From positions 122,114 through 183,532 of IMG/VR virus record IMGVR_UViG_3300035529_000070: a DNA stretch of 61,419 nucleotides; one strand, 5' to 3'. How positions within the stretch are numbered: position 1 is the first letter of the stretch; each line of letters begins with the position of its first letter. The DNA is from a virus. Shown here in pieces: positions 10,173 to 18,206 of the stretch. The notes beneath the pieces were generated by a model. The model was given only the letters and a program-made list of their open reading frames with translations, made no database searches and was not told the origin of the DNA. Position numbers and translations under genes: made by a program.

Positions 10173-10577
10173 TTATGCTAAAAATTTATTGTCTAATTTT
10201 TCAATGATATCTTTTTTGGTATCGTTAGAAGTTATTTTTATGTCATTATCTTCTGCTATTTTTGTCAACTCTGCTTTAGTCATTTCGTCAGAATAATCAG
10301 GTATCTCTTCGGCTGATTCTTTTTTTGCAACATCTTTTATATCTTCAACTGATTCTTTTTTTGCAACACCTTTTATATCTTCAGCTGGTTCTTCATCAGA
10401 TAATTCTTTATAATCAATATAACCTAAATCTTTTAATTTATTCAAATCTTGTATAGTTCTTTCAAAATTATCCTCTATTGCGTCATAAACAATCGTTTTT
10501 CCTGAAGGAATAGCAGCAAATCTATTTAACAATCTTACTGGGAATTTAGCTTTATTTGTTACTTCAAAGTGTTTCAT
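10173..10577 (-). CDS. Head-associated protein with C-terminal HeH/Rho-N-like domain
   Basis: MTKAELTKIAEDNDIKITSNDTKKDIIEKL; typical of genes just downstream of a major capsid gene. Confidence 0.55.
   Translation of the reverse strand: MKHFEVTNKAKFPVRLLNRFAAIPSGKTIVYDAIEDNFERTIQDLNKLKDLGYIDYKELSDEEPAEDIKGVAKKESVEDIKDVAKKESAEEIPDYSDEMTKAELTKIAEDNDIKITSNDTKKDIIEKLDNKFLA
10313..10384. repeat. 36-bp in-frame tandem duplication (EDIKxVAKKES x2)
   Basis: ctgattctttttttgcaaca(t/c)cttttatatcttca repeated twice. Confidence 0.85.
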
Positions 10578-10933
10578 TTTCTAATTCCTCCTTTCAATGC
10601 TTCAACTTTCTTTACAGTTATTTTAGAATTATCTTCTCTAGGATTACCTGTTGATTGCAAAGCTTTTATATATTCTTTGGCTTTTTCTTTTTCTTCTTTT
10701 ATTTTTTTATCTCCTATTTTCAAATATTCTTCAAACTCTTTGTCAAATCCTTTTTCTATTTCTTCTTTCTCAAATTCTTTAGGCACTAAATACCCCATTT
10801 TTGTTAAATCTTCTAATTGATTAATCATTTCAGCTTTTGCATCTATAAGATCAACTCTTATAGTTGAACCTTTTTTATAACTTCTTAATCCCCATATTCT
10901 AACTTGTCCATTTCTAGTAACAAATTTAGCCAT
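10574..10933 (-). CDS. Hypothetical head-region protein
   Basis: 119 aa; LEDLTKMGYL resembles LNKLKDLGYI of the next gene (possible paralogy). Confidence 0.6.
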   Translation of the reverse strand: MAKFVTRNGQVRIWGLRSYKKGSTIRVDLIDAKAEMINQLEDLTKMGYLVPKEFEKEEIEKGFDKEFEEYLKIGDKKIKEEKEKAKEYIKALQSTGNPREDNSKITVKKVEALKGGIRK

Positions 10934-10968
10934 TAATATCTCTCCCTTCTCTGTAGCCTTTTTTTAAA

Positions 10969-10997
10969 AGCAAAAAGGGGAATTAAACCCCTTTTGC
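10969..10997 (-). terminator. Intrinsic terminator after major capsid gene
   Basis: GCAAAAGGGG-TTTAATT-CCCCTTTTTGCTTTT on minus strand. Confidence 0.7.
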
Positions 10998-11010
10998 ATT
11001 ATCAATTCAA

Positions 11011-11961
11011 TTAAGAATTTAATTCCAATTTTGCAACTGCTTTAGGGTTAATTATACTCATACCTAAATTAGACCATACTTGGAATGAAGCAATATTCTT
11101 CTCAACATCATGCCAGAATGTTAGGTCTTCATTTAGATAGAAGAATTTTCCTAAATAATCTTCATTGGTAAATCCAAATACTTCATTTTCGGCTACAACA
11201 TCTTTCTTGTTAGTTGTTAAGAAAGGTCTATTCATGAAAGTATCATAGTTATAACCTTTAATGAATGTTTCTTTAAATAATTCATCTCCAAGTTCAGAAG
11301 CAGGTAATGTAAGTAATTCATTGTATAACTTTACAGGGAATAACATTTTTTCAACTTTTAAAGGTTTGTCTGCAGTATCAATAAAATTAATCATATCCAT
11401 TACAGCTTTTTTGAATGAGAATCCAGTTGCACCAAAAGAAGCTGCGGTTTGTTGTCCAGTTGAATTAGTTGCGCTTCTACACATATCGACGAATTTCTTT
11501 TCAATTGCTTTTTCGAAATTATATGTTAATCTATTTTTGATAACTTCTGTGAATGGATATTTATATGCCCATAATTCTTCTTTTGTGAATTCAATTTCAG
11601 GAGAAATAACCTTATAAAAATATACAGGTGCTTTATCTCCTCTAACCCTTCTTGTTTCAGCTTCTGCTAAAAAGTCTCCATAAATTACTTCTTCTGATAA
11701 TTCTGGTTCTATTTCAATATATAACATTAAACTTCTACCAGCAGGATCTTGATCCAAATCATCTGGAGTAATTGTTTTTGGAGTAATAATACTTGGCAAA
11801 AACATTGCCTCTCTAAATTCAGTTTTTATTAAATCATTTATAGTTTTTCCAATTTCTTCACCAGCAGCAGTTTTTTCAAAGTAAGCATCAGAAATAAGCT
11901 CGTTAAAAGCCTTATTCCCTCCAACTGACCTTATTAATTCTTCTACTTTTAAATTATTCAT
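11011..11961 (-). CDS. Major capsid protein (HK97 fold), probably processed at YFEKTA
   Basis: ~316 aa; follows protease/scaffold/decoration genes; SPEIEF..EEL, EKAIEKKF, MSIINPKAVAKLEL C-terminus; terminator downstream; ATG 11961 has GGAGG SD. Confidence 0.8.
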   Translation of the reverse strand: MNNLKVEELIRSVGGNKAFNELISDAYFEKTAAGEEIGKTINDLIKTEFREAMFLPSIITPKTITPDDLDQDPAGRSLMLYIEIEPELSEEVIYGDFLAEAETRRVRGDKAPVYFYKVISPEIEFTKEELWAYKYPFTEVIKNRLTYNFEKAIEKKFVDMCRSATNSTGQQTAASFGATGFSFKKAVMDMINFIDTADKPLKVEKMLFPVKLYNELLTLPASELGDELFKETFIKGYNYDTFMNRPFLTTNKKDVVAENEVFGFTNEDYLGKFFYLNEDLTFWHDVEKNIASFQVWSNLGMSIINPKAVAKLELNS

Positions 11962-11979
11962 CAAAGACACCTCCTGTCA

Positions 11980-12477
11980 TTAATAAGTTCTTATTTTAAG
12001 TGCTACTACGTTTGAGCTTTCTGTGATAGTTTCTTCAACAACAGCTACAGATTTAACAGTTTCTCCAGCACCTGGAGTGATTGTTGCATTAGTTAGCACT
12101 GTTTTGTTACCGTCTTTTTTTGCAAACAATTCTTGTCCAGCCTCATACGCTTTTCCTGAAGTAGCCGCATCTTCGAAATTATCTGTTATCAATCTTGTTT
12201 TGCCAAAGAAAGCTGTTAATCCATTAGATGCTATAACGTCGTTTGTAATTCCCGAGCCATATACTTGCATATCTCTTCCTATATCTGATATAGTCCAGTA
12301 TACTAATCCATAGCCATCATAAGGAATTTGTTTATATTCATTATCTAAGATTGCGACAGGAGTACCTATTGCAAACATCTCTTTTTTTACATCTACATCA
12401 CTTATAGCGCTATCCATTTGTTTTGTATTTCTAGTAACATCTCTTAAGCTGTGAAGTAGTTCAAATCTTCTAGCCAT
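11980..12477 (-). CDS. Putative capsid decoration/cement protein
   Basis: 165 aa, beta-rich (YEAGQELF...LTNA...VAVV), immediately upstream of MCP. Confidence 0.55.
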   Translation of the reverse strand: MARRFELLHSLRDVTRNTKQMDSAISDVDVKKEMFAIGTPVAILDNEYKQIPYDGYGLVYWTISDIGRDMQVYGSGITNDVIASNGLTAFFGKTRLITDNFEDAATSGKAYEAGQELFAKKDGNKTVLTNATITPGAGETVKSVAVVEETITESSNVVALKIRTY

Positions 12478-12505
12478 CAGCGTACACCTCCAATATGTTT
12501 AAAAA

Positions 12506-13306
12506 TTACCCGTTTTTATATTTTTTCATTTTTTCTATTAATTCTTCAAATAATTCATCTGAAGTTTTTGGCCCGTTATTATCATTATATGAAGCTCTTT
12601 TGTTATGAGGTTCAGCTACATTTAATTCGTCATTTAAAACCTTTTCATTCCAATACTCGGCTTCTTTTTCTAATTCTTCATCATCTTTTTCTCTCATGAT
12701 TTTAGACTCTCTCAAAATATCAGAAGCTTTCATGTTAGTAAAATGAGCCTTTTTTTCTAAAACATCAGAAATAATGTTTTCTTTTTCTTCTTCCGAATAT
12801 AAAGACCTTTTTTTATTTTCGGGTTCTTCTGTAGTATTATCTTCAGCTGTTTTTTCATTTTCTTCAGAAACTTCATCTACCCCAAGTATAGAATCTAAAT
12901 ATTCATCGAAAGCATTTCTTTCGTTTGTTGAAGATGCTTCTTTTTGCATTTCATCAGTTTGATCAGAAGCAACTTTAAACTCAGACTCAGGACTATAATT
13001 TTGAGATAACGGAATTCTTTGTCCAGGGATTACTTGATCACCTTGCAATTGACCTTGTTGTACTTGTTCTCTCATTAAATCTAGCTGCATTTCTCTTAAT
13101 TCTTCTTGGTTTTTTTGAACTTTTTTATTATCTTTTATCCCTTGATAAGCAGAAGCAGCTAAAACTCCAGTTCCTAACGTTCCAGCAATCCCAGAGGCCA
13201 TCTGTGTAGCTTTGAGAGCTGTGTCAATCGCTTTTCCTTTGGCTGCAGCTGTTTTAGTAATACCTTCGTTTGAGTTCAGTAATAAATAACCTACAACTCC
13301 ATTCAT
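12506..13306 (-). CDS. Scaffold/inner-head protein with glycine-zipper segment and many K-x-A sites
   Basis: ITKTA, FKVAS, MQKEA, NEKTA, LEKKA, LEKEA; ASGIAGTLGTGVLAASA; acidic coiled C-terminus. Confidence 0.55.
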   Translation of the reverse strand: MNGVVGYLLLNSNEGITKTAAAKGKAIDTALKATQMASGIAGTLGTGVLAASAYQGIKDNKKVQKNQEELREMQLDLMREQVQQGQLQGDQVIPGQRIPLSQNYSPESEFKVASDQTDEMQKEASSTNERNAFDEYLDSILGVDEVSEENEKTAEDNTTEEPENKKRSLYSEEEKENIISDVLEKKAHFTNMKASDILRESKIMREKDDEELEKEAEYWNEKVLNDELNVAEPHNKRASYNDNNGPKTSDELFEELIEKMKKYKNG

Positions 13307-13326
13307 GGGAGCACACCTCCCTTCAA

Positions 13327-13863
13327 TTACATTCCTGGTGCAGATGGAACACTTGTATTTCCCATTGTAGCTTGAGCAGGAGCACTGTATTGTTCAAATC
13401 TTTGTTGCCCAGTAGCATTATGAGCTTGAGTTCCGTTAACTACTGCTTTACCTTCTTCAAATTTTGGTGCTAATTCAGAGTTATTTTTTACCAAATCTTG
13501 TAATCCATTTTGCATTACGAAAGCATAAAATTGAGCTGGTAACATTTTGTCTGATTGCTGTTTAATTTCTTGTGTTGCAATAGCTGGAGTTACAGTATCA
13601 GTTGTTGGAACTTGTGTAGGTGTCACTGTTTTTGGATCGGGGTTGCCATTGCTGACATTTCCTGCAACCATTTGATCTGTCAAATCACCAGCTACCTTAT
13701 TCATTCCTATTCTTTGCCCCATACCAAAAATTAAACCTTGTCTAAACATTTCAGCATCTTCGGCAGTTTTTACTAAGCCGTTAGTTTGTTCAGCTGCTTC
13801 TTTAATAAATTCGTTATTTTCTGCAATTTTTTCAAAATCATCAGTTGACCATGTTCTTTTCAT
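13327..13863 (-). CDS. Scaffold/inner-head protein
   Basis: FEKIA, FIKEA, LVKTA, MNKVA clustered in N-terminus; follows protease. Confidence 0.5.
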   Translation of the reverse strand: MKRTWSTDDFEKIAENNEFIKEAAEQTNGLVKTAEDAEMFRQGLIFGMGQRIGMNKVAGDLTDQMVAGNVSNGNPDPKTVTPTQVPTTDTVTPAIATQEIKQQSDKMLPAQFYAFVMQNGLQDLVKNNSELAPKFEEGKAVVNGTQAHNATGQQRFEQYSAPAQATMGNTSVPSAPGM

Positions 13864-15299
13864 TACAAATTACCTCCTTTATTTTTCAAAAAGTTAACGA
13901 CAAAATCGTTATAAATATTAAGTGTTTCATCTGATGCAGCTTTATAAATCATCTTATAGTGAGTTTCTCTCGGATCCGAAGCATAATATGGCTGATGTTC
14001 AATAGGCGAATTAAACTCTCTAAAAGCTTGGCTGTATATTTGATCTTGCTTCCTTATCGTGGATTGATAAATTTCTTCTTCTAATCGTTGAAGATTTTTC
14101 CCGCCTTCCACTAATATGTCATTTGCTAATTCTTTAGTTAAGTTGCCGAGCAGACTATAAATATCATTTAATTCTGTTTTAGATGACATACTAGCTACCT
14201 TTATGTAGCCCTTATATCCCGGATCTTCCATATTAAAATGATCGGGATTATAAAAGTTTCCGGAATCATGATTAGCTATAAGATGAGGTATAAAACTTCT
14301 TCTCATAATTAATGATAACATGCGTTTTACTAACCCCCGGTTAAAACGTCCTTTGTTAAACGCATACGCAAAAGTGTCTGGTGCATCAGTCATAATATAT
14401 AAGCCGGGGCCCGCTATCCGCCTAACCTCTATAGGTTTTAATGGGACTTTCATCAAAGAAAATGTTTTTATTATATCTTCATCTGGATACTCACTCAATT
14501 GTTGATATTCTTCTTCTTGTATAGGTTTATCTTGTAAAAATTTTTGATTTAAGTATTTTTTAATTTCATATGGTTCTATTTCTTTTAATGCATCTGCTGG
14601 TATTTCTTTATCAATTGCAGCTTGTTTGTCTGATTTATCAGACGCTACTTTTGCAAATACTTTTGCTGTAACTTCTGCTCCTCTAGTAACTTTTGAAATA
14701 TCAAAAAATTTAGGATTAATATTTATAGCATATACTTTTCTACCATCAGGAAGTATATTATTCATTTTAAATTTTAAATGATCACAATATTCACTTCTTT
14801 TAGTAGCCGCATTACCACATATAGAACATACATCAAAAGGCACAGTACAGCCCATAGATACATCTATAGTTTCCCCATTTTCAAGTTCAGCCATCATTTT
14901 TTTCCCTTTTGGATTGCTCATATCGACAGATACTATGAGTTCTACTCTATCCATCCTATCATTCCAAAATGATTTTATTATTTTTCCAAAAGATTTAGCA
15001 GGGTCTTTGTTCACATGATGTTCAAATAGGTGTCCATCTTCAAAAGTATGATATGTTTTTAACAACTCATCTCTAGGAAAATAATCACCATTCCTATTAG
15101 CACCCCATGATTCACCAGCAGAAACAGCTATAACTGCAATATATCTGAAGTTATCTTCTGTTTTAAGTTCTTCTTTAAAACGAATCAATTCTGGGGTGAG
15201 CACATTTAAAGCTGCATTTTTTTCCATAGTTTTGTTTTCATCTATCACAAAAACATTATCTTGTAAAGTAAACTGAAACCCGTTTATTTCCTTATACAT
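13863..15299 (-). CDS. Prohead maturation protease (HK97/assemblin-like Ser protease) with Zn-finger and C-terminal extension
   Basis: NRNGDYF, LFEHH (His), G+II, DVSMGC (Ser), CSICGN...CDH, FFDISKV; between terminase and MCP. Confidence 0.75.
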   Translation of the reverse strand: MYKEINGFQFTLQDNVFVIDENKTMEKNAALNVLTPELIRFKEELKTEDNFRYIAVIAVSAGESWGANRNGDYFPRDELLKTYHTFEDGHLFEHHVNKDPAKSFGKIIKSFWNDRMDRVELIVSVDMSNPKGKKMMAELENGETIDVSMGCTVPFDVCSICGNAATKRSEYCDHLKFKMNNILPDGRKVYAININPKFFDISKVTRGAEVTAKVFAKVASDKSDKQAAIDKEIPADALKEIEPYEIKKYLNQKFLQDKPIQEEEYQQLSEYPDEDIIKTFSLMKVPLKPIEVRRIAGPGLYIMTDAPDTFAYAFNKGRFNRGLVKRMLSLIMRRSFIPHLIANHDSGNFYNPDHFNMEDPGYKGYIKVASMSSKTELNDIYSLLGNLTKELANDILVEGGKNLQRLEEEIYQSTIRKQDQIYSQAFREFNSPIEHQPYYASDPRETHYKMIYKAASDETLNIYNDFVVNFLKNKGGNL

Positions 15300-15303
15300 A
15301 AAA

Positions 15304-15705
15304 TCACAACCCTCTGGCCATTAAAGTCGAATATTGTAACAGCATATTCGGATCTATACCTCCATAATTAAATGCTTTTTTTACTGCTTCTTCTACAGCG
15401 TATGGAGAATTAAATAAATTTGGAACTATTTGAGCAATGGACAATAAGTATTTTCTTAATTCTTTTTTATCCCATTGAGGATATTTCTGAGATAAAATTT
15501 GTTCCATTCTAAGTATATCTTGCTTGGATACTATAATCCTTTTGTCTTTTCTAGATTGATTAGATAGAGCTTCTGATAGCCCTACCGCTGTTCCTCTCAT
15601 ACCAGTATTTACGTTATCTATCATTGCAGGCAACGTATTACCTAATCCCATATCATCTTGGTCCTTTGGTGGGTTGGGGACGTTATAATTAGGAAAATTT
15701 GGCAT
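15304..15705 (-). CDS. Hypothetical head-region protein
   Basis: 133-aa ORF with AGGAGG SD. Confidence 0.6.
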   Translation of the reverse strand: MPNFPNYNVPNPPKDQDDMGLGNTLPAMIDNVNTGMRGTAVGLSEALSNQSRKDKRIIVSKQDILRMEQILSQKYPQWDKKELRKYLLSIAQIVPNLFNSPYAVEEAVKKAFNYGGIDPNMLLQYSTLMARGL

Positions 15706-15723
15706 TGCACGTATCCTCCTTTT

Positions 15724-15748
15724 TTAAAAACCCCGCATTAGCGGGGTA
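15724..15748 (-). terminator. Intrinsic terminator
   Basis: ACCCCGC-TAAT-GCGGGGTTTTT on minus strand. Confidence 0.65.
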
Positions 15749-15750
15749 CA

Positions 15751-15939
15751 TTAAAATTTATTATCTTGTTGTTTGAATTTCGGTGATTTCCCTGTCGAAA
15801 TATTGTCTGACTGTAAAGCCTTTTCAACTTCAGTTTTCTGCATTTTTTTACCTGCATTTTTTGGTTGAGGCAAATCAACGTTTTTAAAAGGCTTTACTTT
15901 TTTGATTTTCGCAGTCTTCCAAAATTCATCAATAATCAT
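15751..15939 (-). CDS. Small basic internal-protein candidate with leader MIIDEFWKTA
   Basis: 62 aa, Lys-rich after leader; AAGGTG SD. Confidence 0.6.
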   Translation of the reverse strand: MIIDEFWKTAKIKKVKPFKNVDLPQPKNAGKKMQKTEVEKALQSDNISTGKSPKFKQQDNKF

Positions 15940-15949
15940 TTAAATCACC

Positions 15950-16453
15950 TTAATAATCAATGTTTTGTGATATTACATACATATTATAAGATGCTTCTTT
16001 AATTAAATCTCCTGGAGTTCCGAATAATTCCATATGAGCTCTAAATCTACCCTTTTCCCCAGCGAAACCTTGTGATTCCATATAATAAGAAGCGTCTTTT
16101 TCCATAGCAGCAATTGTGTTAGCAACATCATTTAATTCATCTGATGATAAATTGCTAGCTAAATATTCAGCAACTTTAGCTAAATAACCTGTTTCTTCAT
16201 ATCTTCTTTTAGCAACAGAAGCATTTTTTTCCATTTCTTCTTGTGCATCTTCGAAATTGCCTCTATAAGTTTTTAACATATCGTTAGCTGTTAAAATATC
16301 CAAATAAGCAATTTTCAATAAATCCCTATCAGTATAGTTGTTTTGTGTTATTTCTTCGTATAAAGCAGAAGCAGTTTTTTGTAATTCTTCACCATCTTCT
16401 TGGAAATATTCTGGCATTTCATTACTCACTTGCATAAGACCATCTCTTAACAT
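15950..16453 (-). CDS. Inner-head/core protein with repeated K-x-A sites
   Basis: LQKTA, LLKIA, MEKNA, LAKVA, MEKDA, LIKEA in 167 aa. Confidence 0.6.
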   Translation of the reverse strand: MLRDGLMQVSNEMPEYFQEDGEELQKTASALYEEITQNNYTDRDLLKIAYLDILTANDMLKTYRGNFEDAQEEMEKNASVAKRRYEETGYLAKVAEYLASNLSSDELNDVANTIAAMEKDASYYMESQGFAGEKGRFRAHMELFGTPGDLIKEASYNMYVISQNIDY

Positions 16454-16466
16454 TTAAAAAACCTCC

Positions 16467-18149
16467 TTAATATTTTTCGTTTTTATTATAATCAGGGACT
16501 TCTGGACCTGTCATTGCCCCCATCATTCCACCTATAATACCAGATGCTTTAGAGCCTCTAAGTGAATTTCTTTTAAGCTGTTCATTTAACTCGTCTACGA
16601 CTTGCTGCTGAGCGTTACTCTTATTTGTAGCAGCAATAGCAGATAAAGTATCTCCATCTAGTCCTTTACCTTTTAATTGTCCTTTATATTTTTCCATTTT
16701 AAATCTTGCATTTCCGGCAGATATTGCTCCTCCGGTAGCTGCCCCTAAAGCAACACTCTTTAATCTTGATCCCATATATTGTTTCCTAGCTTCATTTAAT
16801 CTTTTTTCTTTTTCTGCATTTGTTATTTTACCTTGTTCATACATGCTTTTAATTTCATTTTGCCTTTTTTTATAAGCAGAATTTTCTGAAAAACCAGTTA
16901 TAGCTCCAGAGGTTGCAGCGCCAGTTATAGCTCCTTTGGCGCCAGAATATAGAGGTATATGCTTTGAATTTTCAAAAAAAGAGTCAATAGTTTTCCCCAT
17001 CGCATTAGCAGCTACTTTTTCAAAATAATCTTCATCTATTATATTATGATCTAAAGCAGTTTTAATTAATTTGGCATTATTTAATGTATCTTCTTGAAGA
17101 TTAGCGATTTTATTGAACCCTTTTGACACCTCATAAACATTATATAATAACTTTTGTTGTTCGTCGGTTATAGAGCCGGTTTCTAAAACAGATGCAATTT
17201 TCTCCTGCTTTTTTCTATTGTTAATGGACATTTCGGCTGTTTTAATATCAGATCTGATAGTATCTTTAAAATAGTTTAAATTTGCTATTTTCATCAAAGA
17301 CTCATATGTTTTATCAGCCCCTCTTTCTTCAACTTCATTTTCTATAGCTTTTTTATAGGCTAATTTTTCATATCCTCCATCAGATTTAATTCCTTTTAAG
17401 ATATTCTTTAGATTTTCATCATTCATATGTTCAGATGCAGTTTTATTAAATAAAGCTTTTTTTGCTTTCTCAATTATTTTTTGAATGATTTTCTTAGCTT
17501 TACTTTTTTCTTCGTATTGTAGATTTTCTTTTTCTATTTCAGAAATCAGAATAGCTTCTAATTGTTTAGGAGGTATTTTTTGAATAATTTTTTTTGTGTT
17601 TTCTTCTATTTCTCTTACTTTCATTTTTTGCTGCATATCAGTTACTCTGAATTCATCTTCAGCTAATTTTATATGATCTACAGCTCTATTTACATCTTTT
17701 AAAGATAAAGTTTCTGCAAAATAATCTCTTTTTGTTTTTTCTTTTTTGTTATCAGATGCAGTTTTTTGTATTTGAGGTTCAACCCAATCGTCTACTTTAC
17801 CCCAATCTATATCATCCATTAGCCAATCATCTTTATTTAAAGTTTCAGGTGTATATTCTTGTTTGATATTAGTACTCATAGATACTTTGTTTGGGCCTTC
17901 CCCGGTTCTAATATATTCCATAACATTTTCAATTCTAGCCATAGGAAATTCCACTTGATTATTTTCAAACATTTTTATTTGTATTAACTGATTAGATCTT
18001 TCAACAAGCCTTTTAACCTCATTATGATTTAATCCATTATCGACAGATAATTTAGCAATAATAACATCAGGGGTTGTCGCTGAGTTAGCTAAATAATTTT
18101 TCGCAACTGCCGAAGCCAATAAATCAATTTGAGTTTTTAAATTAGCCAT
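16467..18149 (-). CDS. Large inner-head/ejection protein candidate: K-x-A-rich coiled region plus C-terminal glycine zippers
   Basis: IQKTA, FNKTA, YEKLA, LMKIA, FNKIA, LIKTA, FEKVA; GAKGAITGAATSGAITG, ALGAATGGAISAG, GIIGGMMGAMTG. Confidence 0.55.
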   Translation of the reverse strand: MANLKTQIDLLASAVAKNYLANSATTPDVIIAKLSVDNGLNHNEVKRLVERSNQLIQIKMFENNQVEFPMARIENVMEYIRTGEGPNKVSMSTNIKQEYTPETLNKDDWLMDDIDWGKVDDWVEPQIQKTASDNKKEKTKRDYFAETLSLKDVNRAVDHIKLAEDEFRVTDMQQKMKVREIEENTKKIIQKIPPKQLEAILISEIEKENLQYEEKSKAKKIIQKIIEKAKKALFNKTASEHMNDENLKNILKGIKSDGGYEKLAYKKAIENEVEERGADKTYESLMKIANLNYFKDTIRSDIKTAEMSINNRKKQEKIASVLETGSITDEQQKLLYNVYEVSKGFNKIANLQEDTLNNAKLIKTALDHNIIDEDYFEKVAANAMGKTIDSFFENSKHIPLYSGAKGAITGAATSGAITGFSENSAYKKRQNEIKSMYEQGKITNAEKEKRLNEARKQYMGSRLKSVALGAATGGAISAGNARFKMEKYKGQLKGKGLDGDTLSAIAATNKSNAQQQVVDELNEQLKRNSLRGSKASGIIGGMMGAMTGPEVPDYNKNEKY

Positions 18150-18181
18150 AAAATCACCCTCTTTAATGTCTTTTCTTTTTT

Positions 18182-18190
18182 ATTATAGCA
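18182..18190 (-). promoter_or_regulatory. Extended -10 promoter (TGCTATAAT) for the head operon
   Basis: TGnTATAAT ~30 nt upstream of the 18149 start; similar elements at 7623-7631, 28204-28212, 36164-36172. Confidence 0.55.
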
Positions 18191-18206
18191 TTAACGTTAA
18201 AATGCA

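Noticed and set aside
10313-10384. 36-bp repeat as a CRISPR array
   Set aside because: Two adjacent copies with no spacer, in frame within a CDS
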